A DNA stretch of 64,000 nt from Convolutriloba macropyga (GCF_964194025.1 NC_134480.1:33666001-33730000), one strand, 5' to 3'. Positions 45,601-59,630 are shown, numbered from the stretch's first letter. Program-made: numbers and translations. Notes: generated from the sequence alone by a model not told the origin.

Positions 45601-48600
45601 ATTTTTTTTAGGAATGGTTTTTCCAATTTACTCATAGTTCGTTCTAGGTCTAGTGTTTTGTTTATTCAATGAAAATTCTTTGAATTGTATGTCAGGACTT
45701 GTCCTGCTATGTTTCTTTAAGATTCGCTTTACCTTTTGTTCACGTTTTTCGTTTTGCATGAGTCCCGATTTTCACGTTTGACTTCTCACTTACTTCACTC
45801 ACTGTTTCAACTGAATGGATTTTAAGTTCCTTCACGCATTGAATCACGCATTTTCTGTTTTTTTTCTTATTTTTATCTGATTTAAAATGGTTTTCTCAAT
45901 TCACTCATAGTCCATTCTAGGTGTAGTTTTTCTGTTTAGTCAATGAAAATTCTTCGAATTGTACGTCAGGACTTGTCCTGCTATGTTTTTTTTAAGATTC
46001 GCTTTACCTTTTGTTCACGTTTTTCGTTTTGCATGAGTCCCGATTTTCACGCTTGACTTCTGACTTACTTCACTCACTGTTTCAACTGAATGGATTTTAA
46101 GTTCCTTCACGCATTGAATCACGCATTTTCTGTTTTTTTCTTATTTTTATCTGATTTAAAATGGTTTTCTCAATTCACTCATAGTCCATTCTAGGTCTAG
46201 TTTTTCTGTTTAGTCAATGAAAATTCTTTGAATTGTACGTCAGGACTTGTCCTGCTATGTTTTTTAAAGATTTGCTTTACCTTTTGTTCACGTTTTTCAT
46301 TTCGCATGAGTCCCGATTTTCACGTTTGACTTCTCACTTACTTCACTCACTGTTTCAACTGAATGGATTTTAAGTTCCTTCACGCATTGAATCACGCATT
46401 TTCTGTTTTTTTTTCTTATTTTTATCTGATTTAAAATGTTTTTCTCAATTCACTCATAGTCCATTCTATGTCTAGTTTTTCTGTTTAGTCAATGAAAATT
46501 CTTTGAATTGTACGTCAGGACTTGTCCTGCTATGTTTTTTTGTTTCCTCGTCTGACGCTTTTTCGTTTTACATTTGTTCACGCAGCAAAGCCGAAAAAGT
46601 CATTTTTTCTGAATGACTATTTTCTCCCTCTAACGGCGTTTGCGCGCGTGACGTCATTTCTCACTCTCTTTAGCAAAAGTTTTTGCGTGATTAGATTTTG
46701 ATTACAAGTGACTTACCTCACTCAATAAAATGGCTTTTGCACTTTAAAACTTAAGTTTAATTTGAATTTTTTTAAGGTCAAAGGAACTCATATGTGCAGT
46801 AAAGGCCCCTATTAAGGGGCTTCTGCGGGATGAATTTTAACAAGCTTTATTAATTTATCGCTGAATAATTTTTACCTAGCTTTTTGAGCGGCGTCGATTT
46901 TTTTTCCGATTTTGATCTGTCCCTGTTTCTATCTCTATTATACGGCACGCAGGTCTATTCTTTCGCAGCTATTCCGGCAATCTGACGGCTATGTTATGCA
47001 AGTTTTTCGCTTGACCATTTTGACTTTTGCACCCCCCACTTTTTGCGTTTTAAGCGATCTAAGTTTTTCTCTCGTTCAACATTTCGAATTTTTCACTTTT
47101 TTAATATTTATTGTCATTATTCAAGTTCTCACAGCCTCATGAGCCAGGAAACCTCCGATGGTGTTTGATAACAGGTTACTGGAAAATTTTTATTGGCCAG
47201 GGAATGTTTTTGAACATTTTAATATCACACATTTTAGCAATGTTTGATAAAACTTGCAATTTTTTTAAATGTCATTTTTAGGTTATCATTTGGTTATCAA
47301 TATTTTAATGTCACGAGTTATAGCTATTTTTTGATAAAATTTATTTTCCAAATTTTCTTAAAATTCCAAATTTCCACATTTATCGAGCTTTACGAGCCAG
47401 TGGAACTATTCAAAGCTTGAAATAGGGTACTTTGATAGTCTATGGAAACAATGAAATGGTTCTGAAGATTTTTTGTTATTACGGATTTTAGCAAGATTTT
47501 GTTAAAATTTGCAATTGTTTTTATTTTTTTTGTCATTTTCCGAGTTTAACGATCTTTACTGGCCAACGAATTTTTTTGATGTCTTGCAGATGGGTTACAA
47601 GGCAGACCTCCAGAGACAAAAAATTAAGAAACTTTCTTTAAATTTTCCACTTTTCAGTTTTTTTGAAGCATTTGTCGTTTTTCTGGTATATCTAAATTTA
47701 GTGGTTAATAAACTCTTTCAGGTCTTGTGTGCGAGTTAATAAGCATTATTAAATTGTATCATATTTAGCCTCCAGGGTAAAAGCTTCAAGAGTTTTCGCA
47801 GTAATAATTTTTCGTTTAGTTTGTTTGATTATTTTAGCTTCTCAACTTTTGAGAGTCTTTTTGATCTATTTGGCTGGGATTGATCAATTGATCTGCTGGT
47901 TAGGTACATTAGTTCTCAGATTTTCATTGAATTTTTTGGATTGTATTTTAGGACTTGTCCTGTTATGTTTTTTATTTCGTCAAGATTTTTCTTACAACCA
48001 TATGACGTCACAACGACTTCAAATCTGCTTTTTGTTCATTCGCTCATGCAATTTCAACTGAAGTGCGTGCGTGACGTCATTTTTCACTCTTAGTGAAGCG
48101 ATTTTTTTCGTTCATTCGCGTTATTAAATTTTTGGTCACACGACTTACCTCACTCTCAAAAATGACTTCCTCACTCTGAAATTGACTTTTACTTTAATTC
48201 AAAGAGATAAGGTCAAGTGAATGTGTTGCCACTCTAAATGAGGTTATTTAGAGTGAGCGGCTAAAAAAGGCAGCAGTAACTTATACAGATTCTTAATGAA
48301 AATATAACATCTCATCCTTTAATGAAAAGTGTAATTCTTTTTTACTGTTTTGTTTTTAGACTGCAGATCCACGAATCTATTGCGGCTATTCTCTGGCAAT
48401 GTGCCAGCTGTGTTTATAGTGGTATATAGTAACCTCTTATCACGTAATTTGAAGGTGTATAATATTGAATTTGATCAAAATGATTCTGACCTTGTGATCT
48501 CTATTTCAGCTGACTGGAACATCGGCAATGAACAGTAAAAACCTAGTGCTTCAAATGGTAGACAACCATACGCATCCAATGAATAGTGGCCCTTTGCAAC

Positions 48601-51600
48601 TGTTCAACGTTGCCCACCCTCCAAAGATGGTCCAGTTACCTATGGATCATATTGGAAACCCAGAGGCAGACCAGACGTTTGCAAAAGATATCTCTCCAAG
48701 ACACAGTGGTGACGTCAATGGAGGTAGTATCCGCTCGCATAGGAAGTCAAAGAACAAGCGAAATGCTCAGAAACAGGAAATTGTTAATCCAATCGCAGTT
48801 GTCGAATCGCTAGGGATGTTCACAAATCGCCTCAACCCTATCGGTCAACAGAAGATGAAGTCGCTAAGTGTGAACCAGGCTCACATGTCAAGAACCGCAG
48901 CTCTGGTACTGACAAATCTAAAGAACTCAACTGATATTCTGGATAAAGATATGAAGGTTTTGACCTTTTTGTGGTGCCATCTTTGGCTTTCGAGAAAGCT
49001 CTGCTTTGAAGCTGACCAGACTGTAGATCACACTTTGGTTACTTGCTCCAAAATCATTGAACAGAGATACACTTTACTTTCAAGGTGAGATTGATGCTAG
49101 GTTACAACAGCTAAGAGCCGCCAATCGTTCCGATTCAGTAGTCCTTTTTACAAAATTTAGCAAGTATCGGCACAATTTTAATTGCTAATTACAGGTTTTT
49201 TGAGTTGTAATGGCGAATTCGCCTTAAATCAGTGTGCACTTTGCTTAAGTTAATAAGCTCAGATACGGTTCGGCGGTGTAATAGTTAATGGGGTACCATA
49301 AGTTTTAATTTTTCGCATTGATGTTATAAAACTGCTACTTAATTTCATTGTGATGCGGTTGAACCCCACCCTGTTTGATTTAATCTCACGAAATGTTATC
49401 TCAATGATATAAACTTTAGAAGAGAATGAGGCATCGCAAAAAAAACGAAGTACTTTTTGATCTATTAATTGCCATGCGTGGACTTCCAGTGTTTGCATTA
49501 TTTTCTAGTCTTGACGATCCAATTATCTGTTTCAGGTGTTTCACGTCGTACTATGAAGAGTTCATGCGTGACAGAACCAGAGATCTAAGACTCACACCAG
49601 CGATACTATTACAACCTCATTGTCATGTTATAAAATTCCCAACTGGGTTGGAATTGTGCTTTAAGATATGCAAACTGTGCTCAGTCCTTCAGTGTACAGA
49701 GAACCCTGAGGTTGAAAATGCACATTTGTTTCAAACGTTATCGAAGCTCATAGGAATGTTGGATTCGCAAGCTACAGTTAACCTGTTCGCAGTTTGCTTA
49801 CCGTTTGTTCAAACCTTGACTGAGAACGAGACAACGAGGTCTTTGGCCATTTATCAGATTATGCCAGTAGCATGTAAGCCTCTTTCGCGGAGAAGAAATC
49901 AAGAGACCTTTTTGAGACTGGTGATCAAATGTTACGATGAAGAGAGAGTGTCGCCTCATTTGGAAAAGGTTACTTGATATTCCATTCCTGCAACAACCCC
50001 CCCCTCTCCTCTGAGGTAGGTCCTGAGATTCTTGCGATTGAGCTGCTAAGACATCTCGTATTACTAATTTTGCGAAGTTGTAGAGTTTAAATGGCATGCT
50101 AGCTTCAAATTTACTAGATTGGCTTTAACGGAGACGTTAAATAGCACCAATATTTCACAGATAAAACTGGTTTTTATTTTCTAGTTGTACTCGTGGCACT
50201 TTGTCCAGTCTCTTATTCGATTATTTGGACTCTCAGTATTCACCAGACGCCTCCTCAAGTATTTCGTTGAAGTGATGGCCGGATCCAAAGAAGCAACTTT
50301 GCTCAACTCCGTTGAAGAACCCAAAGCGGAGGATGATGATTTCCGGGTCCGCGGTTCTCAAGTAATTCTGGATGTTCCTGATGTCCATGAAGCCATTAAC
50401 GTTGCCAACTTGAGCATAGAGCAAAGTCAGAATGACCAAAATAGCTCTAATGATAAAGTTGACTCACTGTCCGAATCCGACAGGGAATCGAAATCATTAT
50501 CAAAGTCAAATTCAATTGATTCATCACTGGACGCCGAATTGGCATCGAAACGTGATAAACCCTTGAATTCAAACCCGATTTTGATTCGGGGTGCTTCCTG
50601 GAATGTTTGCAACACTCCAAGTCCCTCAGCATCACTTGACAAAACAGAGTTGCAAGATACATACAGTCAAGCTGATTTTGAGGACTCACGAGACGTCGTC
50701 AGCGCCAACTTCGGATCTCCGATACAGACTGGAAAGGAAGCAGGAACCCGGTACTCGTTTACAGACTCGATGCAAATGTCCTACTCCCGACATCGAAGAG
50801 CAACTTCCAGAGAAATGAAGCTAACTGATTCAATGAGTCCATCAGCAACTGGTAAAAATTTAGCGAGACAAACAGTTTCGGCTTCACAATTGCCTATTTA
50901 TGAAGAAACATCTCCGAGCATGGAGAAAGATCCATTGTCTGTAATGGCGCTTGAAAGTTGTGTTCATGTTACATCTGCACTTGGACCAAGAATTGCTGCT
51001 AAGACGCTGCTGGATTTGGTGCTGAATCAAGTAATTCACTGGTTTGAAGTGTCTCGGTTGAGCATTGATAATTCATCTGGTTAGTTTGAAGCTGGTATTT
51101 TTGTGCTCACTTTTATTGATCTCAAGGTTTTCGGTCAAGTAAAAATCTAGTTAAACAAAGCGATTATTGACTATGATTGGTGTTGTTTTGAATAGCCTTG
51201 GAGCTATAGCGAGGGTGTTATTCGTCTCATTGTTCTTTTAAATAGCCGCGTCAGCAATTCCAGGCGGCTATTATTGCGCTCCTAATTTTTTTAAATTCGT
51301 CTAACAGATTTTTGTTTCGTCTTACCCTGACTTCTTGGAATTGACTTTAAAGACTTCTATTGCTTTGCCGTTAAAATTTGTGTTCGTGACGTCATTTCTG
51401 CTTTTAGGTTAATTGCGTGACTTACCTTAATCAAAAAATGGCTTCTGAACTCACTTATGGAACTTTAAATTTTTTGAACATTTACTAATTCAAGGTCAAT
51501 AGTGTGCGTCTAAGTAGTGCCAAACTTATATACCCTAATTCCTGAGTAAGAGTCTTGAGTTTTAATATCGAATATTAATTTTGAAAAAGCTCAATTAGGG

Positions 51601-54600
51601 CTTTTTCCATGTAGAACAAATGTGTCTCATAAAAATGACAGGCCGAATCTAACGCAAAAAGTCTAGTGGTCTATTAAAAAGCTAGTTGTCGATCTGTCAA
51701 TCTTATTTCTTTAGTTGTTTCAATTCATGGTAGGCCACAAGAGTGTATCGTGGCTATTTTTCGGCAATCTGCCGGCTTTGTTTTTTTTTTTAAAAAAACA
51801 GGTCTCATCAGTCTTTTTCGCGGCTATTTTCCGGCAATCTGCCGGAGATGTCGATAGTGATGTCACAAGTGTTCTCACGACTTCTTTTCACTTCCAAAAC
51901 CTCAAAATGGTATTGGCTCCAAATAGTTTCATATGCAAATTACATGCGAAATACCCCGAACGTAATATCAACAAAAGAAGCTACTGATTGTGAAGTAATG
52001 CCTTAGATTTGACATGGTTGGTTATCTTGGAGAATTTTTTTGACCAGCTTTCTGAGGCTTAAAATTTTTTCTCCTCAATTTATTTGGTAGCAATTTGTTC
52101 GACGGCAATTTGTTTGACATCCGTTGCTTGTTATTTTCATTTGCTCTCGAACGAAGTTTGAGTCATTTATTGTAAACGTTTTGGTCTTTTTATGCACAAA
52201 ATTTTCGCTCGATCGATTTGACTTTTCGATTGACTTTTGCGCCCTTCGACTTCCTTTTTCGTTTTGCGTGATTTAAATTTTGCTCTCATTTAAAGTGTTA
52301 GCAGCTGAACTCAATCGGCGGCAGTTCACTGAAATTCTAATGAAAAGCCGGCCAAAATTGGTTAAATTTTTTCACTTTAAATTTTATTAGAAGTTGTATA
52401 TAATAGCCTGAAGCCATCCTTAGTGAATTTAGTTAACCTCTCCCCGATTGAAGCAGGTTTGCGCTCTAACTAGTCGTTCGAGAACAATTTTCCGACGTTA
52501 GTCAATTATGCGATACCAAAATTTTTAGGAGTGCGCTCCCGCCCGCTTGGTTTCTCGAACCGTTTTTTACACCCCATTGAGACTGTGGGTGCCTGAGTGT
52601 AAGCTAGAATCTCATAAAGCCAACTCTCTGTCCAATCTGTGGAAAGAATTGTCTGACAAAAGCTGTTCAGGAGCATTTCAATTTCTGCAAAACTCTCAAA
52701 CGTACATGTCTTTCTCCATTACCTGTTGCTTTTCCCTTCAGCATAGATTACAGATATTTTCATTCAAACTAATACGAAAGTATTATTCTACTTCTCAATA
52801 AAAGAGCCGTTTCTGAAATCCTAGTCTGGCCAACAAAGTTCGTGGCTTTTTGTATTGAGAAACTGGTAAAATCAAAGGGCCTTTTTTTAAGTCTTTCAAC
52901 AGTTCGTTCTTACTCCTCTCTTAAGTACGATTTGCCGAATGTGCCGAGGAGACTCTAGTTGGCGGTTTGAAGAGCAATTATTGGAGTTATAGACCCCCAC
53001 AAGCACGCCGCAACATCCCTCAAACCCTGTTGTGTATGCCCAAATTCACGGAGTTAATAACATTAGTTAGCTTCGTTACGTTTTATGTTACCTAACTAAT
53101 TGTTTGAGATTTTGTCTAGGGGCAAAGAGAATTTATGCTTCAAATTGATTCCCATCCGCTTGTCTGTTTTTTTAATATTTGAAATAATTTGAATGGTGTT
53201 GGGGGCTGTCGTTTTTTTCGTTTTATTCAAGATCTCTCCCTAAATTATCATGATATTTGAAGTCAAATTGGAAAGTGGTTTTGGTCATGCCGAAACAGGA
53301 AGTCGAACGAAGAAGCTAGTCGTTTTTTGGTTCGAATTTTAACACTCTAATTTTAAAATAGAGTGAGTAAACGGTGTTTAAACTAAAATTTTCTTTTTCG
53401 TTAGTAGTTTGTTCGCATTTGCCAATTTGATTTCGATGTTTAATGTTTTTTCGAATTTTTTGATCGGTTTTGTAATAGTTTTTCCAATCCAATCATAGTC
53501 CGTTCAGTGTCTTTTTTTTGTCTAGTCAATGAAAATTTTTTGAATTGTATGTGAGCATGTGTCCTGATGTTTTTTTTAATTCGATAAAGGAATATTTGTT
53601 TTTCTTTAATTACTTTAGAGATTTTTTTCAACATTTTGCTCAAAGTCTCTTTGCCTTCTCGTTGCTAGTTTTTGTCTTCGTTCATTCTGCTTAATCTGCA
53701 TTTAAACAGGAGTTAATCATTAAGATGAACTGAGTCAATCTCGGAAAGCGGAATCAAAACTCAAAAGGGATAAAACTATAAATGCCACTCTTAGAATATA
53801 TTTTAGATATAATTTTAGGTACAATGAAATTCAAAAGGCGAAATATAGAGACAGACAAAATATGGACAATCTTCCAGTTATTGTATTGTAAGCTGGATGT
53901 GCTTTCCAGTATTAATACTAATTTATATCTTTTTGAGACTTATTGTTTTTCATGGAACTTTGGCTGTCATTCGCGTATTTCGCTTTTAGTTGTTTAATTG
54001 GGTTTTCTGGAATTTTATTCATTAAGGAGAAGTAGAGAACTGCTGAAATTAATAATATTAAAAGAACTTTTTCGAAACATAAAGGGGTGAGAGTTTAACT
54101 TCCAACTTGCTCTGAAACAAAGTTGTTGGCATTGGTTTTGTTTTTCTGTTTTATATTTGTTTTATACTTTTTTAAATTTTACGACTCAAAATGGTATTAG
54201 TCTTTTCAAGTTTTGTTCACAGCTGGTAAAATGTTGTGACCTTTGACCTATTTTGAATTCTTTGTTTTGCAGCGGTAATTTGTGCTTTGGGACGTCGAGT
54301 GTTAAAATTAAGGGTACGTTTAGTTCATAATATATGAAAGTTAGTAACTGCCAGTGTTAACTGAGGTGAAAACGTCATTAATTAGTTTCGTGTTCGATTT
54401 GGATTTTCCTCGTTTTTGGTTTTTTATCGGACTGTTATGGGAATTGTTTGTTTTTTTTTGTTCTATGCAATTTGTCTGGTCCATTTGATTTTGTAACGAG
54501 AGAAATGGGATCAAATGCTAAAGCTTGAAGGCATAAGTTGATGTTAAGTTCTGATCTCGAGAATTATATAATAGTTGCCGCGGCCATTCATGAGTCTCGA

Positions 54601-57600
54601 GATAAAACTATCACATCCGAACACGGGATCATTATACTCAAGCAAGTGCTCTCTATAGTAATGAACTAATAATTTTTTTAATTACGTCAAGCCTTTTCTT
54701 TATGTTAAAGTTTGAGAGCTCCCACATTTGGCTCTTTTAATGTCGCCTCTTGTGCACTGAGACTTAAAGCTATTCCGATGCAAACCTGTGAGGATTTTTG
54801 ATTGGCCATTTTCAATTTTCAATAATTTTTTTGCCCGTCAAACGAACATAACGAATATAGAGTCGAAATCTCCAACCGATCCGTCGTTTAGCATCCCCGC
54901 ATACTGTACCTCAAACATACAGTGTAGACGAAAATTAGAGTGCAGATTTTTTGTTATAGATTCACTTGAACGGGTCTTCCGTTGTCTCACTGAAATCATA
55001 ATTGTGTATGGCGAAGAAGTGATTGTAACAAAGATATTCTCATTCACAAACGACCACCTCAATGGCTCCGTGTCACTTCAATCCTCCCGAAGATTATCAT
55101 CATTGCTAGCCGCATTGCATGTATTGCAGTTATCTGTTGCCTTGATGACGGACCCATTTTTGGTGAAGAATTTGAACACCCTCAATATCTTTTTGATTAA
55201 ATCTATGAATATATTCTTGTCCCCAAACTCTGATTTGATTGGTCGAAACGACGCTCCTCGTTTTTTGATGGCGTCATCTTGGATTAAAATTTTGGTCGAA
55301 ATCTGCGAGCGTGTTGGACGTGAAATGATTTTGAGTTACCTTATGAAGACAATTTTTGCTCTGTTCTCGAATTTGGAGAACTTCTACATGAGATCTTCGA
55401 CGTCTCCTAAAATTGCAAGTAGTTTTGAGATGTCACCACAGAAGAAAACGCTTTCAAGTGATTCGAGCTGCTTGTCTGAGGATTTTTATACCGACGTTGC
55501 AGTGAGCCAGGAATCCATCAAGTTTGGAACTCCTCAGCGCTACTCAGCTCTTGTCAATGCAAATGTACGTTGATATGGTTCAGGGACTTATCCCCCCAAC
55601 AAAAGTTTATTCACTTAGCTACGCTGTTTTCTAAAAATTGTGGGATCTGTTCTGTTCCCCCCCCCCCAGCTTATTAAGCATGAATTTTTTATAACCCCCA
55701 GGCGCACGTGCTATTTTCTTGCATAGTAACGTGCTATATAACAACACATAATTCATAATTGGGGGTCATAAAAAACACTGGGGGGGGGGGGGGGGGGGGG
55801 GCTGAAACAGAATAGATCCAAATTTTGAACAGTGTGTGATTTAAGCGTAAATACATTGATTGAAACTTTGACCTTAGTTAAATCCAAGTTTAGTATAAAA
55901 TCTTGTGCTAAATTCATGTATGCTTAGTTTAAATGACGATTCTTAAAAACGAATGTCCCGGTCGATATAACTTTTTACCGCAAATTTTTTAATCGTTTCA
56001 TCAGCTTTTCGCTTTGTATTATTGTTTAAAACTAAATTAGCATTTTGTTGTTTGCCTTATTGTTCCGACCCTCTTGAGGGGGGAGGAACTATATACTCAA
56101 CTGGGTTTTTTTTTTTTGTTCAGTGAATTTTCGCCGCTCGATATATTCATCGTAGAGAGTTGAGACTGGTATCATTAGAAAGCTCGTTCAGCGTAGAATA
56201 TGGAATTAAAAAGATTTTTTTAATTTTCGTTTTCTACAGGGAGTTATCGAGGCTTAAACTTCTGAGAAAAGAAGAGTGAATTCACGTTGTTTTTATTCAC
56301 ATTTTCCGGAATTTTTGCCTAAATTTTCGTCAATTTTGCTAAAATTTGTTATAATTTTTAAGAATAGTGTCGTTGATTTCATTTTTGAAGACGAACAAGC
56401 ATTTTTGATTGTTTTGATTTAATTTTTTGGTCAAAAAATCTGGATAAACATTTCAAAATTTAGCCTTTTTCATCAACAACAGCACGAAATAAGCTACTTT
56501 AGTCCACTTTGATTAAATTTGCCTACAGTACACCCCCAAACAACACTCATACAATCTTTGTAGACTCAGAGGGGGGCTATTTCTACTTCAGAGTCCGCAG
56601 AGAGTGCCTTGTAGTTAAAACTTTGCCGTTTTTTGCTAACTTTACTCGTTGATTATCAAAAATGCAAAATTTATTTTGAGTTTCAACTCAGAAATTATCT
56701 ATATCTACAATATTTGAAAAATCAATTGTTCTTAACGGACAATAAGTATTAACAGGGGTAGTTTTGGGCCATTCTTGGACTGTTACAATCCAAAAAAAAA
56801 TCGGGTTGTAATCAGTCGGTCTTTTTTTTTAAAAAAAAGACTTTTTTTTAATAATAAAGAACAGAACATATCAAATCAAAGCTCAGGAGTGATAGGTCCA
56901 ACCAATTCGCTTGCGAAACAGCTCCAGGCTAATTCATTTAGTTTTTTAATTGAAAGTTTATGGTGGTTTTTTTTTAAAAATAATTGACTTTTCAATAAAT
57001 AATGGCTTAATTAACTTTTCCTCTATTTTTTTCTTAATTTGTTCAACTTCCAGCTTAGTGTCAGCAAAAAAAGACTGCTTCTTCTTTCTACTGAGTTAAC
57101 ATTTATTCTCGGTTGCAGTTTTAAGCCTGAAATTATTGTTTTCTGGCTTTGATACTACAAGATTTTAGATTTTTGTTTGTTTTGATATTTGCCAGTTTTT
57201 CATGTTTTCTAATTTTGTCACATTATCACATTATTGACAGTTCTCATGTCACCTTATTAGCATTCAAATTAAAACACAATTGAACATATTAAAATCTTGA
57301 AAGATATAAATCATCGTTTTAATGGCCTCGACGCCTCTTTCTTGAAGAAATCAATTGAATTTTTTAATTTTGTCTTAACTGTCATTTATACTTTGTCGTT
57401 TCGGTCGTATGAAATTTCCTGTTTAGTGATAGCTTTCATTGGCTTTTCATGGAAGAATAGAAAAACCGATATTCTGATATTAGCAGATAGCTGATGGCTT
57501 TTATGACTTTCAAACCCATCGTTTTCCAAAATTAAAAAATAATTTTTTAACTTCGCAATTTTGTTCTTTTTATGTTTCTTTTTGTTACCTAATCTCGTTA

Positions 57601-59201
57601 GTTGATTACAGGTCAAATATGACATTATGGGTGTCAAGGGAATAAAAGGGATTAGTGTCCAAAAATCTTTTTTTTAAAGATTTTGTTATGACCTTACTGG
57701 CTTCGACACCGCTTTTTCACAAAAAAAAATTAAATTAATTTGATTTTTGTCATATTTGACGTTCTTTTTGTAGATGCAAGAAATATTCTGGATAATTAAA
57801 GGTCTCGAGGGTTTCTTTTTCATGAAAAAACGACGATATTTAAATAGTTCTTTTTGTAATTAATGCCTTTCATGACATTGAATGTAATTTTGTTTCGAAA
57901 AAAAAATTAAAAGTATTACATACTTTAGCACTCCGCTTTTTTGTCTACTTGTTACCTAGTCTTACTAATGAATGGCCACGTACTACATTATAACTGTTTG
58001 AAGAAGGCGCAATCAAATATATTTTGAGTGCCAAAATTTGGCTTGACGGTTTTGACAGCGTTTTCTGGCAAGTTTCAATTTAAATTTTGTTTGTTCTTTG
58101 TTGTTCTTTTTAGCCGCTCTAAAAATTGAATAAGGTCAGGTCCTAATGCCCTTCTATAGAAGCAGTGGTAATCGCAAATTTGTGGTAATATTAATTTATT
58201 CCTAATGGTATTTATTACTTTGAAGTTAATTGTTTCAAAAAAAAAAGTTAATTTTTTTTACTTTTCTGTTTTTGTTCTTTTTTGTATAATTATTACCCAA
58301 CCTTTCTATGGACTGGTCGCATATGTTTTGTGGTGATTTTTAAGTTATTTTTGTTTAGTTTCAGGTTTATCTGACGGTATGTTGACTTTGTTATTAAATT
58401 TAGTTTTTAAGAGGGACATAAATTTTTTGATATAATTAATGTTTGTTGTTGTTGTTGTTTGATTTTGCTGTTCGTTTTGACTCGCTCTCTTAATATTGAC
58501 ATATTACAGCAATCTAATGCATCAATTTTTACTCCACTGAGTTATTTGTTTTGGAGGTTATCTTATCGTTCATACGGAATTTTTTGAAAAAGACTTGGGC
58601 TTTTTTGGGATTCGCAAAAAATAATTTTTGGGTTTTTCTATCTGTTCCTCATTTGGTCGCCCATCCACAAAATTGTGGATGGGCGGGGTCGGAACCTTAT
58701 GTGCCATTGCACATTACCGAGCCGCCTTGTTTTCATATTCACTATCAAACTATATTATCGTAAAAGCGAAACACGGATCTTTTTGACGAGCTTTCTGTTG
58801 CCGTGTTGGTATGATATCTGCATTTTTGGACTTCCAACAAACTTCACTGTCTAATTTTGTTCAGGGTGATATCAAATACGCGCCACCCGAACTTTTCACG
58901 TACTCAAACATGGCCGTCGATATTGACGAAGATTTCTCAGACTGCTTCGACTCTCGCCTTCTAGCCTCTCTTTACATCCCGCTATGTCGACTTTTGGGCA
59001 ATCTATACATGGAGAAACGAATGGGGCAATTTCCCAGTGTCAGGAGTGTGGCTGAACAGCTTGGGGATCTGTCGAGTGAAGGAAGCAGTTTTGGTAGTGA
59101 ACTGGACCAGGAGGAGTTAACCAATAACGCAGTTGGTGTGGGAGGAAGGAACGGCGATTATTTGAACACGTCCAATGGAGGAATTCAGTTCGACGTGTCG
59201 C
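33460..59201 (+). CDS. WDR81: Host WDR81-like gene (kinase-like/BEACH/WD40 family), partial: nine exons; first exon(s) not located, WD40 exons beyond the window
   Basis: Exons 33460-33643, 34054-34167, 34384-34699, 35429-36162, 48510-49084, 49536-49968, 50185-51079, 54960-55564 and 58865-59201 have AG/GT boundaries with mutually compatible phases. WDR81-type motifs: [60 protein letters not shown]. Confidence 0.9.
34054..34167 (+). CDS. WDR81: WDR81-like exon (38 codons)
   Basis: tttttag| acceptor and CAG|gtataa donor. Open frame [17 protein letters not shown]... Confidence 0.65.
34384..34699 (+). CDS. WDR81: WDR81-like exon (kinase-like region)
   Basis: gatccag| acceptor and A|gttagt donor. 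Encodes [12 protein letters not shown]...FLFYQIL; phase 1 matches the next exon. Confidence 0.8.
35429..36162 (+). CDS. WDR81: WDR81-like exon (BEACH domain)
   Basis: tttcag| acceptor and CAG|gttaat donor. Encodes [28 protein letters not shown] and [20 protein letters not shown]. Confidence 0.93.
35878..38018 (+). repeat. Tandem duplication (~1.08 kb period) of the BEACH exon 3' part plus intron
   Basis: 35878-36941 is repeated at 36956-~38018 with few differences; a 14-nt filler sits at the junction. Confidence 0.9.
36956..37240 (+). pseudogene. Duplicated partial BEACH exon with premature stop
   Basis: Copy of 35878-36162 with TTG>TAG at 37121-37123. It keeps the donor site but lacks the original acceptor. 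Confidence 0.85.
38111..41830 (+). repeat. Near-identical tandem duplication, ~1.86 kb x 2
   Basis: 38111-39971 is repeated at 39972-41830, differing by scattered substitutions and poly-C lengths. Confidence 0.9.
41400..42800 (+). repeat. Degenerate ~170-190 bp tandem repeat (also 39540-39970 and ~47100-47700)
   Basis: Recurrent GGAACCTCCTCTAGGGTTTGATAATA(A/G)GTTACTG...ATCACGAATTTTAG modules. Confidence 0.65.
43112..43330 (+). mobile_element. Helentron-associated (HINE/DINE-1-like) non-autonomous element
   Basis: 5' AATTGCTCTCAAA (43114-43126) pairs with subterminal TTTGAGAGCAATT (43293-43305), followed by the hairpin CCGAC-gtga-GTCGG (43309-43322). The same 5' end recurs at ~1231, 36457, 37535, 39119, 40980, 52140 and 59631. 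Confidence 0.65.
45590..46540 (+). repeat. Tandem repeat, ~274-bp unit x ~3.4
   Basis: GAATTGTA(C/T)GTCAGGACTTGTCCTGCTATG recurs at 45682, 45956, 46230 and 46505. Confidence 0.9.
48510..49084 (+). CDS. WDR81: WDR81-like exon (BEACH C-terminal part)
   Basis: tttcag|CTG ACT GGA continues [17 protein letters not shown]...[11 protein letters not shown]. Donor AG|gtgaga. Confidence 0.88.
49536..49968 (+). CDS. WDR81: WDR81-like exon
   Basis: tttcag| acceptor in phase 2 matching the previous donor; AAG|gttact donor. Encodes LTPAILLQP. Confidence 0.8.
50185..51079 (+). CDS. WDR81: WDR81-like exon
   Basis: ttttctag| acceptor. Encodes [19 protein letters not shown], a Ser-rich linker and [10 protein letters not shown]. 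Donor G|gttagt, phase 1. Confidence 0.82.
52139..52512 (+). mobile_element. HINE-like element copy
   Basis: TTGCTCTCGAAC 5' end, GTTCGAGAACAATT subterminal inverted repeat (52476-52489) and a degenerate CCGAC-gtta-GTC hairpin. Confidence 0.5.
54960..55564 (+). CDS. WDR81: WDR81-like exon
   Basis: ttgttatag| acceptor in phase 1. Encodes [16 protein letters not shown] and ICERVGREM. Donor AAT|gtacgt. Confidence 0.82.
55643..55819. mobile_element. MITE related to 2538-2700
   Basis: GGATCTGTTCTGTT(C)nAG ... CT(G)n..AACAGAATAGATCC ends, shared internal CCCCCAG..GCACGTGC motif, and 8-bp flanks AAATTGTG / AAATTTTG (7/8 match). Confidence 0.7.
58865..59201 (+). CDS. WDR81: WDR81-like exon (last visible in the window)
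   Basis: tttgttcag| acceptor in phase 0. Encodes [12 protein letters not shown]. Donor C|gtaagg. Confidence 0.8.
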
Positions 59202-59630
59202 GTAAGGATTATCTTTTTCATACCAAACGCTAACTGCCGGTAGATTTTTTTTAGATCCCCCGCCCCTGTGTGATGGTGGTTACTCGATACGTCGGAGAAT
59301 CGAGCTACTCTGCTCTCTTCACTGACGCTGTGTTGGCGGTGTTTGTAAGAAGCTAGTATTATAGTTGCTTTTGGCACGATATACCTGGCTACCCACTTGT
59401 TCGTCGGTCTGCAAGAGGAACGTGCAATATTATAAATTGAGGTATATGACTAAGCTATGGCTGCGATAGCGGTTACTAAGCGGAGCTATTATGAGCCTTC
59501 TCTTGTTTGAGTATTAGTGGTTTGCAGGTTTTTTGAACCGGAAGTACTGTGTTCAAGCCAGTTTTGACTGAAAGCGAAAAGTGAGTAAAACTGCTGTGTG
59601 AACCAATTTTTGCTTAACGAGGGTATTTTC

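Noticed and set aside
45590-46540. Regular repeats as a CRISPR-like array
   Set aside because: The whole 274-bp unit is repeated with no unique spacers, in a eukaryotic intron.
56060-56620. Possible DNA-transposon remnant in a WDR81 intron
   Set aside because: Matching TIRs and a TSD could not be defined.
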